This document shows, piece by piece, positions 38,024 through 49,086 of a DNA stretch of 64,000 nucleotides (within the stretch, counting starts at the first letter, position 1; the number at the start of each line of letters is the position of its first letter). A program made the position numbers and the translations under genes. The notes below the pieces were generated by a model, which had not been told where the DNA came from, ran no database searches, and saw nothing but the letters and a program-made list of their open reading frames with translations. Source of the stretch: Amoebidium appalachense (lineage: Eukaryota > Protista > Ichthyosporea); the NCBI GenBank assembly GCA_963693365.1, contig CAVNZM010000023.1, forward strand, positions 1 to 64,000. Reading direction: 5' to 3'.

Positions 38024-40457
38024 ATGGACCGAGCACAGTTTGCATGCTTATTGCGCCTGTACGCCCCAGGCACTATTGGAGTCAGAGTTGGTGAAGATCG
38101 ATATTTTGAGGCAGCGTTAGTGACGAGGGGAGATGATGTGTTTTTGGATGTGACTATAGATAAATCGTGCGCGTTGGGCGAGTGCACAGAAGACCACAAC
38201 CACGTTTGTGTACCTTCTACAAAAACAGGACCAAATACGCCGTTCCACCATTTCATTCACGTTGCTTCACATTCTTCATCGCGCACACAGCCAGATGAAC
38301 ACATCACGACACCTTCGCTTTCTGATTTCCTCCGCCTGAGAAAAACAGCCGGGATACTAAGGCATGTAGCCGATGAGTTGAAAGTCCTCTATGTTGAACC
38401 TTTAACGGCTACACGTTTGACCGGTGTGAACACGTGGGTTTATCCGTGTTCATTGGCAACATTTTTGCAACGTTTTACACCCGGAAAGACTTTCCGCCCT
38501 TCGATGACAATTCAGCCCCAGGACATAGATTGGTTGGCGATTGAAAGTTTCGAGTGGTTGCTCCCACAAGAGGAAGTGATTGATTTTCCTGTAGATTGGT
38601 TTCCCGATATCAATCTTCCACCCGCGACAGCACCGTCCTCTGCATCCCCGTTCGATCTTCCACCCCTGACAGCACCGTCCTCTGCATCCCCGGCAGCTCC
38701 CACCACGGGACCCCAAACCACGACCGGCGGCACCAAAAACAGACCAATTCTACCCAACACTCTCGACCCTCGGCAATTCGGGTTTCAGCCACAACCAATG
38801 ACACGGCCTCTGCAGGCCTCTCCACAGCCTATACCATTTGCACAGCCACGACTCTTCTCTCCTGGGGCACACACGGGGCAACACCAACCATTTTCCACGA
38901 CCGGACTGTTCCATTCGCCTGCTGGGGCCCAGCAACAGAAACAGCTGCAGAGTCAGCGGCGAGGGGAGGCGCGAAATAACCGAGAGAGCGCAAGGTTGGA
39001 TCGAGAAATGGAGCGAAAGAAGCGAAAGGATCGAGAGGACAACAAGAGAGAGAAGGAGCGAGAGAAGGAGCGAGAGAAGGAGCGAGAGATGGAACGAGAG
39101 AAGGAGCGAGAGAAGGAGCGAGAGAAGAAGGAGCGAGAGAAGGAGCGAGAGAAGGAGCGAGAGATGGAACGAGAGAAGGAGCGAGAGATGGAGCGAGAGA
39201 AGAAGGAGCGAGAGAAGGAGCGAGAGAAGAAGGAGCGAGAGAAGAAGGAGCGAGAGATGGAGCGAGAGAAGAAGGAGCGAGAGAAGGAGCAAGCGGAGGG
39301 AGCGAGTGCGAGAGAAGGAGCGAGAGATGGAGCGAGAGAAGGAGCAAGCGGAGGAGCGAGAGAAGGAGCAAGCGGAGGAGCGAGTGCGAGAGAAGGAGCG
39401 AGAGAAGAAGGAGCGGGCGGAGGAGCGAGAGAAGGAGCAAGCGGAGGAGCGAGTGCGAGAGAAGGAACGAGAGATGGAGCGAGCGGAGGAGCGAGAGAAG
39501 GAGAGAGAGGAGCAAGTGCGAGAGGAGCGAGATTTGGAACGAGATCCACAGAACGAGGGAACGGAGCGAGATGAGCGTGAAGAGAACAAGGGAGCGGAGC
39601 GAGAGTTCGAACGAGAACGAGAGACTGAGAAGGAGCGAGCGGAGGAGCAGGAGCAAGACGTTAGACGGCCCGCGCGCCTCGCACTCCCACCCTCAGCCGA
39701 CCCCTTGAGCGACCTATCCGGTCTACTCGGCGGCGACTCCGTGGCCACTATGGAGGTGGTTTCCACCGTCACGCGCCTCGTCGGCATGGTTTCGGAGCGG
39801 CACCGCGCGCAGATCGTTAAGCTCGAGCAGGAAAGCGCGACGCTGAAGCAAAATTTGAAGATCGCAGTCGTGGGAGGAAAAGAGACGAGGGAAAAATTAG
39901 ACAAGCTTAGCGCGGAGAAGGACGCGAAGATCGAGGAGCTCACACGTCGTAACAACGCGGACTCGACAACGATCAACGGCCTCGAAGAGAAAGTTCGCAA
40001 ACTCGAAGCCGAAAATACGAAATGGAAGGAGACCAAGGAAACGGAGCGAAAACGCCTCGAGCGGGAAATTAAAGAACTCGAGACGGAACTCGCTGGCCAG
40101 ATAGGGAAGGTGGCCAAACTCACACGGGAGCTTTCAAAGACCACACAGAACTATGAGACTGAACATAACAAGAACCAGAAATGGGAATCGAAATGGGAAT
40201 CCTATTATTCGAGGATTGCCGAACTGGTCAAGGAAAAAGAAGACCTGGAAAAAGACATAGAATCTCGCATCGAGGCTGGGGTCGGCGCCCGGTTGAAGGG
40301 TTTAATGGAAGTGTTCGAGTCGCAATCCGCCCAGAAAAGGCGGAGGTCGGAGGCGGACGATGGCGACGGGCGGGACGAAGAAACACCTCGCAGACGCCAT
40401 CGCGCCGACGGCCCCGGCAACGACGAGCCCCCCTCCAACGCGGCCGCGGCCTTGTAG
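38024..40457 (+). CDS. Large Glu/Arg/Lys-repeat coiled-coil protein, +1 frameshift at ~39300
   Basis: ORF 38024.. reads EREKEREK up to about 39298. An extra G (GCGGAGGGAGC vs GCGGAGGAGC in sister repeats) moves the same repeat into ORF ..40457. Confidence 0.75.
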
Positions 40458-40459
40458 AC

Positions 40460-40726
40460 TTACACACGGGAAATGTTGTAGTGTAGGGGGTACTCGTAGC
40501 TTGTGATGTCCCACCCGTTTTTGGTTGTCATGGTCGGTATGCCGGTCACATAGTCAAGTACACGATAGGATGGTTCCCATATGCGTTTTAGATGTTTCTT
40601 TTGGACTTTGTACTTTTTTCGTGCGTTTCGGAGCTTTCGGCGGTAGATCCGTTTGTCTCTTCTACAGTACCGTCCCTTGACATACTTGGGCTTCATTGTA
40701 TAATATATTAACCATAAAGCAGTCAT
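40460..40726 (-). CDS. Small basic hypothetical protein
   Basis: ATG at 40726, Lys/Arg-rich, stop 2 nt from the convergent gene. Confidence 0.4.
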   Translation of the reverse strand: MTALWLIYYTMKPKYVKGRYCRRDKRIYRRKLRNARKKYKVQKKHLKRIWEPSYRVLDYVTGIPTMTTKNGWDITSYEYPLHYNISRV

Positions 40727-40955
40727 GGTGTCACTGGATCCGTTTTCACCCACCATACAGGCACCTGGCCACCCGGACCAGCACACTTGCACAAAAAAAC
40801 AAAATTTCAAATTGATAAAGCGGTACCTGTTGATGCTCTATCTTACCGTACACCCCTTTGTCGTATATATACTGCCGATGCCGCTACTGCGACTGATGGC
40901 CGGGGCTGGGGTGTAGTCGGTGGACTGTGTCCATCTACACACATCGCCGTGCAAG

Positions 40956-41612
40956 TTATATAAAGTCGGGAATGTGACAAATCGCCGTGTCTTGGTCCTC
41001 TGTCTCCCATCCCTGCAGCTCGTGGTCTGCGCGTATGTCTAACACTTTGGCCTGAAAACTCATTAATGTCTTGCCGTGCTTGGCCCACCACTCCTTGTCC
41101 CGCGGGATCTCGTCGATGCGCAGCGACCCGTCGCGCGGGTCGAACTGCACAAAGTCCGCGACCTCCAGCCCCAGCACAAACAGCTGTGTCTGCACCTGCG
41201 CCACATAGTGCTCGGGGATCGGCTGTCCGTCCATGAACTTGCGCTTGTACGGCACCTTGATCTCCACCGCGCGCCCGCACAGCGTCACCCGGTCCGGGCT
41301 CGCCCCCAGCCACCGGTGCTCCGCGTGCCGGATCAGCCCCAGCTCGATGCACGAGCGCCCCGTCGCGCGCATGTACGCGTCCGCCGCGTTGGCCTCGTGC
41401 TTGTGTCCGAATGCCACGAACACGGGGTCCACGACCCGCCGCTTCAGCCCGGACTTGTGCTCGATCAACTCGCGGCGGGACTCATAGGGATTCACACCCA
41501 GCGCGGCGCCCACGTCCGAGGCCGTGAGCATGCATGCGCGCGCGCGCAGCCACGCCGCGCTGCCCTGCGGGTACGGCACTTCGTGCTGTTGGATGCGAGT
41601 GATGAAGTCCAT
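40956..41612 (-). CDS. YqaJ-like viral recombinase / lambda-type exonuclease
   Basis: Motifs QGS..W...R...LTASD, GHKHE, LGASPD, EIKVP and YVAQVQTQL. Confidence 0.92.
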   Translation of the reverse strand: MDFITRIQQHEVPYPQGSAAWLRARACMLTASDVGAALGVNPYESRRELIEHKSGLKRRVVDPVFVAFGHKHEANAADAYMRATGRSCIELGLIRHAEHRWLGASPDRVTLCGRAVEIKVPYKRKFMDGQPIPEHYVAQVQTQLFVLGLEVADFVQFDPRDGSLRIDEIPRDKEWWAKHGKTLMSFQAKVLDIRADHELQGWETEDQDTAICHIPDFI

Positions 41613-41809
41613 TCTGCGGACATCTCTCGTGCGAGTCGGGTTTTTATATGCGCAATTTGGATGCAAACCAACTGGCAATCACTCATCTTGAGTGATTGCT
41701 TGAGTGATTCGTGATCTTCAAAGATGATGCGAAGTAGACGGTTTTATAGGTGCGGTTCGTGAACACAGAAGTCCTTGACTGGTTCACGGACATCCAGATA
41801 CATCCAGAA

Positions 41810-43201
41810 TCAGACAAAGCGGATGTCGTCGTCCCCGTACACCTCCTTGAACGCGTTTGACACGCGCACGTAGTCCGCCGCGAACATCTCGCGCTTGTTG
41901 CCCACCATCACGCGCACCTGCTTGAGCTGGTTCTGCACCAGCTTTTCGAACTGCTCCGCCTCGTTCTTGTTGCGGTGGGGCATACATATGATGATGAGCT
42001 CCTTCATGTCGTGGGACCACAGGTCATACTTGTAGCGCTGGAAAAGCGAGTTGCCCGTGTGCCCGATCTTAATGTAGCCGTCGATGTGCAGCGCATACAC
42101 ACACGCCCCACCGGCCGCCTTGAGCGACCAGTCGAAGTTCAGCTGCCGCCAGGCCACGAAGTGCACGTCCAGACCCTTGAGCTCGGCCTTCATCTCGCGC
42201 ACTGCCTTCACCATGGCAAGCGTCGAGTCGATGCCCCGCTGGATCGTGTCCTGCTTGGCCCGCTCCTGTCGCTCTACCTCCTCCGCGCGCTTGACCGCCG
42301 CGAGTGCCTCGGGGCAGTAGTTGGTGCAGATGTCGCGGTGCGCGGTGGTGATGAACTTGTTGAGTTGCTCGAGCGCGGTGTCGAAATCCACTCCCGGCTT
42401 GAACCAAATGCCCGGTTCCAGCATCGCGTCCAGCGGGTTGCGCTTGGCCACCTGCTGCTCCCCGTCGTCTTCGCGCTCACGCTTGCCCGCGCGCGGGCCC
42501 TCCGCGTCCGCGGCCTCCATGTCAATGTGCACGGACTTGGTCTTGGCCCCGTCGCCGCGTCCTTGGTCGGCGATGCGCACCAGGTCCGCGAAGTAGTCCA
42601 TCTGGCCCAGGTGCGACTTGACCATCACGTTGTCCCAGAAGTCCCGCAGCGCGGGAAAGCAGTAGCGCAGAAACGGCGCGGTCAGCTCGAACGCGAACCA
42701 GGTCCCGCGGTACATCTCGATGGCGGGTATCAGACCGTGCGTTGCGAAGGCGTAGGCGACAGAGCCATCGGTGTGGGATATTGCGGGTAGCTTCTTGATC
42801 CGCGAAAACGCGCTTTGAACAAGCACCCGGGACGAACTTGGAGCCACGTCCAAGTTCCCTCCTTCCAGATCCATCGTCTCCACATTCATCCGAGTCAACT
42901 CCAACACCCGATCAACCGTGTCCTGATTATGCCTAACCCAATTAACAGGATTCTTCCATGTTCCGCCCGCCTCCTTGCTCCCTAGCGACGCGGAGTACCC
43001 CGCGTTGAAGAACACGTGCCCGTCGAACTTCGTCAGGTACGTCAGCACCTTCTCCCCGTCCGGCGCGAAGAACGGGCGCACGCCGGGCCACGCGGGCACC
43101 GACGACGTGTCCACGCGCGACTCGTGGCCCGCGGGCGGGCGCCAGTCGGGGCCAAGAGGGGTGGGAGAGTAAGAGGGTGGGGGAGACGTGTTTGAAGTCA
43201 T
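41810..43201 (-). CDS. KilA-N-like plus T5orf172 (GIY-YIG-like) domain protein
   Basis: N-terminal DGHVFFNA...RGTWFAFEL; C-terminal VYALHIDGYIKIGHT....QRY...E.......REMF. Confidence 0.7.
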   Translation of the reverse strand: MTSNTSPPPSYSPTPLGPDWRPPAGHESRVDTSSVPAWPGVRPFFAPDGEKVLTYLTKFDGHVFFNAGYSASLGSKEAGGTWKNPVNWVRHNQDTVDRVLELTRMNVETMDLEGGNLDVAPSSSRVLVQSAFSRIKKLPAISHTDGSVAYAFATHGLIPAIEMYRGTWFAFELTAPFLRYCFPALRDFWDNVMVKSHLGQMDYFADLVRIADQGRGDGAKTKSVHIDMEAADAEGPRAGKREREDDGEQQVAKRNPLDAMLEPGIWFKPGVDFDTALEQLNKFITTAHRDICTNYCPEALAAVKRAEEVERQERAKQDTIQRGIDSTLAMVKAVREMKAELKGLDVHFVAWRQLNFDWSLKAAGGACVYALHIDGYIKIGHTGNSLFQRYKYDLWSHDMKELIIICMPHRNKNEAEQFEKLVQNQLKQVRVMVGNKREMFAADYVRVSNAFKEVYGDDDIRFV

Positions 43202-43490
43202 TTCAGAGTAAGACTGCGATTTTATTTTGCGCGCGGCGCCTTTTGTACCCGGCCAGCGGGAGGGTGCAACACATCCACTTCACTCGAACTGATGGTCTGG
43301 TTAACCATTTCAAAGGCCTCAATTTGAGGCATTTGGCTGCCAAGTTACCCAGTGCCTAGCAAAATCACAACCGGTCACATTGACCGATTGCAGGCTGCGG
43401 GTTACGGCACACACACACACACAACCAAAATGGCTATCGATCGATCACATTGATCGATTGCCAATTGCTTACCAAAATACACACCCGGGT

Positions 43491-44966
43491 TCAAACGCCG
43501 TCGATGGGCACAAAATCCAATTCCGGCAGCACCTGCTCCTGGTAGTAACGACCAAGGGCGTAATCCTTGCCCTCGCGGGTGTCGTGGACGTACCATTTCG
43601 GAACCTCGGGTCCCCACAAGCTGGTTGGGTTCAGCTCCGCATCCCTGTGCTGTTGGAGTGCGTGTGCGAACCCGGGGGGCATCGCTTCGCCGCGCCGCCA
43701 ATCAATATTGATCTTGAATGCAAATAGCTCTATGTAGCCCGGGGTGTATTCCATGTCATCGTCAAACTTTGTAAACGCGGGGAGAACAGTATTTGCCGCC
43801 GACAGGAAATCCCGCACTGCCAGTGGCTTGGGCTGTCTTTCGATCAGCCCTTTGAGCTCTCCGGCAAAGCTGTCTGTCCCCGAGGGTGACTGAAAAATCT
43901 CCCGAATGCGCCGAGACATTGGCGCCATCGCAGCCTGCTTGATTAGATTGAGGATGTCCGATGTGGAATACGACTTGAGAAACATCCAGTACGCCAACTT
44001 CTGCAGGGCCTCTCGCGGGGTGTGAACCCCGTCATTGACTACTAGCAGCGTTGGGTCGACGCTCAGGGGATACTCCGCTTGGAACTCTTCCAATTTTTCC
44101 AATATCAGTTCGAGGATGTCGATCGGTAGCGGCAGGTCAACAAACACGCGAACGGGAAATCGCCTCAGAATCGCCCGGTCCAGGTCGAACGGCAGGTTTG
44201 TCGCGGCCACGTACAGCATATGGTCATTGTTCTTGCGCAGCCCGTCGTACTCCGAAAGAAACTGGTTTGTGATCTTGTACGAGTTGCCCGACCCGCTCGC
44301 ACTGTTGCGGTTTCGGGAGCCCAGTATCGACTCGGCCTCGTCCAGAAACATGACAGTGGGACGCAGGCACCTTGCGAGCGAAAACACCGCCTGCACCGCC
44401 TTCTCCGAGTTGCCCTCCCACTTTGAGTTGAGCACAGCGGACGACACGTTCATAAACGTCGACCTGCCCACCTGCGCCAACTTGCTGGCAATAAACGTCT
44501 TGCCGGTCCCGGGTGGACCAAACATCAGAATTCCCCGCCCAGGCGTTCGCAGGCTGCGGAACAGTTCGGGGACAAACCGTGGAACAATAACGGTTTCCAA
44601 AAGCTTCTGCTTCGCCTCCTTCAGCCCATTAATGTTCATAAACTCTGCCAGGTCCTCGTCGCGTGGCTCGAGGCCTTCACCGTCGGGCGGGAAGACGATC
44701 TGTCTGATTGGGGTCGTGATCTCGCGGTTTTCTACGTCGTTGTGGATACTGGCAAAGATATCGCAGTTGGTCATGTAGTCCTTGTACAGCGCGTCCCTTT
44801 GCTCCGGTGTCAACTTGCTTGAAGCCCCCACCGCGTCCGCACGGTCCCTTGCACGGTCGGCGGTCAGCTGCCAAATCCCGGAGAACCATGAGGTGAGCGG
44901 GTCATCGTCCTCCGGTTCCTCCGTTCTGGGGCGTTTCGGGGGTCTGCCGCGCGGGCGTGAACTCAT
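43491..44966 (-). CDS. AAA+ ATPase, katanin/spastin/Vps4 (meiotic) clade, with N-terminal AT-hook-like motif
   Basis: Motifs GILMFGPPGTGKT, SKWEGNSEK pore loop, FLDEAESILGSR and AATNLPFDLDRAILRRF. Likely start is MSSRPRGRPPKRPR. Confidence 0.9.
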   Translation of the reverse strand: MSSRPRGRPPKRPRTEEPEDDDPLTSWFSGIWQLTADRARDRADAVGASSKLTPEQRDALYKDYMTNCDIFASIHNDVENREITTPIRQIVFPPDGEGLEPRDEDLAEFMNINGLKEAKQKLLETVIVPRFVPELFRSLRTPGRGILMFGPPGTGKTFIASKLAQVGRSTFMNVSSAVLNSKWEGNSEKAVQAVFSLARCLRPTVMFLDEAESILGSRNRNSASGSGNSYKITNQFLSEYDGLRKNNDHMLYVAATNLPFDLDRAILRRFPVRVFVDLPLPIDILELILEKLEEFQAEYPLSVDPTLLVVNDGVHTPREALQKLAYWMFLKSYSTSDILNLIKQAAMAPMSRRIREIFQSPSGTDSFAGELKGLIERQPKPLAVRDFLSAANTVLPAFTKFDDDMEYTPGYIELFAFKINIDWRRGEAMPPGFAHALQQHRDAELNPTSLWGPEVPKWYVHDTREGKDYALGRYYQEQVLPELDFVPIDGV

Positions 44967-45634
44967 TGCTCCTCGACTACAAAATCGGAAGCGGCGGAGG
45001 CGCACACACAACCAAAATGGCCATCGGTCATATTGGTGGGTGGCTGCCCAAAACCCGGCGTGAAAATTCCCGCGCCGGGGCGGGGCGTGGGGGCATGCGT
45101 GGCACGCGTGGCACGCGTGGCTCGCCGGGCGGGCGGGCCTCCCAGGCCTCGCGGGCCTCGCGGGCCTCTCGGGGGTGGGCGGGGGCATTTGATTGGTGTA
45201 TCGTGTTTTTGTGTCGTCTCTGAGTTGTCTCTGCTTCGTCTCTTAGCCATAAAATGCCGCATTTTCATTGGTTCCCAAGAATTCATAGACATTGTTTATT
45301 GTTTGTCTCTGTGTCTCTGGGTAAACAGCAATGTTGGTGATCAGGCTTGGGTGTCTTTATTTTCATATATAAAATTAACACGTGTAAGCGGCTAAGTGGT
45401 GTAAGTGCTGTTACACACATCACCCCCCAACCACCAAAAACACACCCCAACAGCCAATCAAAACACTTGAAATGCCTCTTATACTCGCCCCCCGCCGACT
45501 CAGAAGTTCTACTTATTCTACTTACACATATAAAATTCTAGTTACAAAAGTTACAAACATAGAAATGGTGCGATTTGATTGGCTGTTGGGGCGGGGTTAC
45601 ATCCACTTACACGTTACAGAACAGCCATTACACA

Positions 45635-47131
45635 TTACACACGGACGCCAATAAGCCGGCGGTCGATGGTATAGCAACCAGCGACCCCAGATACTGCAGT
45701 GCAAGCCTCGGCCCCGAACTTTATGGCTGTAACTCGGGTGCTCTTCACCTTGCCGAGGATGGCCGTCATCGCGATGCCGAAGTCCCGCTGCACAGGCCTC
45801 TTGGACTTCTCGGGTGTGTTTTGGTCGAACCATATCTGGTATAGGCCGAATAGTGCACTGGGGGTGACTCTGTCGCCGTCTTCCAATAAAGGGGCACCAT
45901 CACACCCGTTCTCGCGATGCAAGAGATCGTGCAGAAACTGCAGCTCCAATGGTCCACTGAGGTCCTGCAGCTCACGCTTGAGCGTTGTCATGGGGGGTGG
46001 TACCCTATTCGGGTCGGAAATGGGGGTACGCATGAGCCAGTGGTAAACATGCGCCAGGGCTGGGGCTCCGGGTTGGTACTTCTCGATAAGGGCGCGGAAG
46101 TACCTGTCGTCGCCAACTCGCTTGTCAGACACCTCCATGCAGGCGTACCGGCGGTCAGTACGGCTCACGGGAATTGGATGCTGCTCGTTGGACATCAAGA
46201 TCCACCGTTCACATGACTTGACCTTGACCGCGTCGATGCCCTTAGACTCGTACGTCATCGTGTCGTCAGTAATGAGAGTCTTCAGATGGTTGGGGGTCCG
46301 GTGGCTCTTTCCGTAGGTGACCTCGTTGCACACAACTAACATCTTGAACGTTATGCCTATGTTGAACCGGGTGGCCAGGCGATCCTCCGTCTCCACCACA
46401 CCGACCAGATCGTCGCCCAATACGTTTTGGATGATCTTCACGAACACGTTCTTGCCTGTGCCCTCGATGCTGCGCATGAGCCAGGCCGATTCCGGTTTGC
46501 GCGCTGGAAACTGAAACATGTGCCCCAACCATTCGATGACATAGCGATATAGGCCGCCGTCTCCCGCACATATAACCTCCTTTGCGTGATTCTTGAAGGG
46601 AGCGATGAGGGCCTCGTCGACCACAAAGGCGGGGTCGTAGATGAACTTGAATCCCGGAAAACTGTTGAATGCGCGATTGTAGACGTCGGTGTAGGTAGGG
46701 TTACGCTCACCCGTTTTAGGGTCTGGGTCGCTCGGGTCAAAGACAATGCCTTTGTAGTACACCAGGATTCCATTCACATCGTTGACGTATGTGGACCCCT
46801 TGTAGTAGTCAAGCTCCCCCTTTTCGTTGAAGTATTTGAATTCGTATTTGGACATCATGTCAATCGCCTTCTCCTTTGACCTGATCTGATGGACGAACCG
46901 ACCGTCTTCAAAATGCTTCACGATATACACCTGGTCTTTGTTTGAGTAAGCGAGCAATGTCCGACAGAAAGTGTACACCTGGTCCATGTTCCAGATGTAA
47001 TTGCCTATGTAGCTTGGAGGAATCCAGTTGTTGCAGGTGCCGGTGAGTCGTTCAAATTCCTCAAACGCAACACGGAGCCGTTCCCGATGAACATGGCACC
47101 CCAGCTCCAAATCCGAACGGATGGCCTCCAT
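45635..47131 (-). CDS. D5/primase-associated SF3 helicase (DUF5906-like)
   Basis: Walker A IEGTGKN, Walker B VVCNEV, and LKTLITD....ESKG, ILMSN, DRRY. No primase domain is evident. Confidence 0.85.
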   Translation of the reverse strand: MEAIRSDLELGCHVHRERLRVAFEEFERLTGTCNNWIPPSYIGNYIWNMDQVYTFCRTLLAYSNKDQVYIVKHFEDGRFVHQIRSKEKAIDMMSKYEFKYFNEKGELDYYKGSTYVNDVNGILVYYKGIVFDPSDPDPKTGERNPTYTDVYNRAFNSFPGFKFIYDPAFVVDEALIAPFKNHAKEVICAGDGGLYRYVIEWLGHMFQFPARKPESAWLMRSIEGTGKNVFVKIIQNVLGDDLVGVVETEDRLATRFNIGITFKMLVVCNEVTYGKSHRTPNHLKTLITDDTMTYESKGIDAVKVKSCERWILMSNEQHPIPVSRTDRRYACMEVSDKRVGDDRYFRALIEKYQPGAPALAHVYHWLMRTPISDPNRVPPPMTTLKRELQDLSGPLELQFLHDLLHRENGCDGAPLLEDGDRVTPSALFGLYQIWFDQNTPEKSKRPVQRDFGIAMTAILGKVKSTRVTAIKFGAEACTAVSGVAGCYTIDRRLIGVRV

Positions 47132-47214
47132 GATGTAAGAAGGCTGAGATTATATTTTGTTGGATCCCTTGGGCTTACATATATACCTGTGGCCCGGCAA
47201 GGATTTCGGGATGC

Positions 47215-47733
47215 TCAGTCTGGATGTAGAGGTCTTCCATACTGTCCGTTACTCTTGGGATAGATAATATCTGACGGGCCCTGGGTCATGTTTGCCAGTT
47301 TTTGTGCGGCTGGAGGGACCACCAGCTCGGGGTGCGCGTTCAGCACATGGTGGTTGAGCGCGGGAGACCGCATAAACGTACACTCGCACCCCACAGATGG
47401 ACACCGAAGGGTACCACGCACCCGCCGCGTGCGTGTTTCATTCCCGGTATGGACCGCGCGGCGGTGCAGCCATAACGCAGCGTGGGACGGGTAGTCAGCA
47501 CCACACGAGTCACAGATGTACGGCCGCTCGCCCGTATGCATCCTGACGTGCACCTTCATGTGGTCGCTGCGCGCAAAGGTGGCAAAGCAGCCATTGTGGG
47601 GGCAGGTGTACGGGCGGGTAACCGAGTGCGTGGCGGCGTGATGTCTCTTCATGTTGGCTTTGATGGTAAAGGTCTGACCGCAGTCGGGGCACGCAAAGAC
47701 TTTCTTGGGTGTGGTGTTGCATGGAAGATCCAT
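47215..47733 (-). CDS. C2H2 zinc-finger protein (4 fingers)
   Basis: Fingers CPDC..HHAATH, CPHNGC..FARSDHMKVHVRMH, CDSC..H and CPSVGC..H, with a TGERPY linker. Confidence 0.9.
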   Translation of the reverse strand: MDLPCNTTPKKVFACPDCGQTFTIKANMKRHHAATHSVTRPYTCPHNGCFATFARSDHMKVHVRMHTGERPYICDSCGADYPSHAALWLHRRAVHTGNETRTRRVRGTLRCPSVGCECTFMRSPALNHHVLNAHPELVVPPAAQKLANMTQGPSDIIYPKSNGQYGRPLHPD

Positions 47734-47796
47734 TGTGTGAATGGATAGAAAATAAACGCGGTGCTGCTTATGTACCCGCGAGGCGCGCGCGGCCGT

Positions 47797-48747
47797 TTAC
47801 TGCCACCCGAGCACGTGCTTCTCCAGGAAGCGCACGGGGTACACCTTGACGGGCCGCATGTCGCCCTGCACCATCTTGAGCGTCTCCTCGGGCTCGCCGC
47901 CCTCCTGGTCGCGCCAGGCGCGCGCGAGCTGGCGGCCGAGCGCGCTGCTGGACCTGTCCGTGATGCCGCGGTCGACGAGGAACTTCCCGACGGTCACGTA
48001 GTCGGCGAGCGCGGAGTCCGACGCCTCGATGGCCCGGCGGTCCGCGGTGGGCACCAGCATGTTGGCCACGGTGTCGTTGAGCAGCATGCGCATGCGCGGG
48101 TCCCTGTCGAGACCGAAGTCGCCGAGCATGGTGCGGTACGCGGCAAGGGACTCTATCTCCTTCACGCGGTTGGCGATCTCCTTGGCGCGCACGTCGGCCT
48201 CCAGGTCGCGCACGGCCGCCTCCTCGCGGCGCAGACGCAGCCGGCGCTCGCCCTCGAGCTCCTCGCGGCGGCGCTTGCGGTCGGGGGTCTCGTCGGTGCC
48301 GTTGCGGAAGAAGTCGCGCTCCTCGGGCGTGCTGGCGTCGAAGCGGGCCTCGATCTCGGGGATGAGTGACAAGTCTCCGGACATCAGACGGGCGATGTAG
48401 GTGGCACAGGACTTGCGGAACTCATGCGCACGTTTGCCGGGCAGCAGGAGGATGATCTCGAGGAGGACCTTGAAGGGGGCCACATCAGTGTCATTGCCCT
48501 TGCCATTGATTTTTAACCCGTGAGTGCGACTCACGAGTTCCCTCACGGGTGGATCCTTGGTATCCTTCAAGGTCTTCCATGCCTGACGAGCAGCATCGCG
48601 GTTCCCGAGGACAATGGCTGCAGTGTCCAGGACACTGCCCTCGGCATCCTTGCCCTCTCCGTGCACCCTGAACTGGGCGCCCTTAAACTGGGGGAACTCC
48701 TTCCAGAGAAGCGACATGCCACATCCTTTGATCTGCTCGCCAGCCAT
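47797..48747 (-). CDS. BRO-N/KilA-like viral DNA-binding family protein
   Basis: SVLD..., LPGKRAHEFRKSCATYIARLMSGDLSLIPEIE and a coiled coil. This motif family is common in large DNA viruses. Confidence 0.65.
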   Translation of the reverse strand: MAGEQIKGCGMSLLWKEFPQFKGAQFRVHGEGKDAEGSVLDTAAIVLGNRDAARQAWKTLKDTKDPPVRELVSRTHGLKINGKGNDTDVAPFKVLLEIILLLPGKRAHEFRKSCATYIARLMSGDLSLIPEIEARFDASTPEERDFFRNGTDETPDRKRRREELEGERRLRLRREEAAVRDLEADVRAKEIANRVKEIESLAAYRTMLGDFGLDRDPRMRMLLNDTVANMLVPTADRRAIEASDSALADYVTVGKFLVDRGITDRSSSALGRQLARAWRDQEGGEPEETLKMVQGDMRPVKVYPVRFLEKHVLGWQ

Positions 48748-49086
48748 CGTGTGTCAGACTGACTGCTTTTGGTTGGGTGGGTTTCTTTTACACCTGTGCG
48801 TCCACGCAGCAATGCACACACACACACATCCGGACAGCCCGCGAGGCCTGCGAGGCGGGTGTGGCGCGGGTGCTGCTGCGGCGGCGCTTGCGGTCGGGGT
48901 CTCGTCTGTGCGGTTGCGGAAGAAGTCGCGCTCCTCGGGCGTGCTGTTGTCGAAGCGGGCGGCTGACAATGTCAGCTTGACCAGAGATGTCGCGTGAACA
49001 GCAGGTGACAACTTCCCTCCCTTAACAAACGAGCAATTGGTCAAAGTGACCAATGGGTCCCTGTCGCATCCAATAGATGACGACCT

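Noticed and set aside
38750-40144. Leu/Ser-rich minus-strand ORFs
   Set aside because: Antisense of the GAG/AAG repeat protein.
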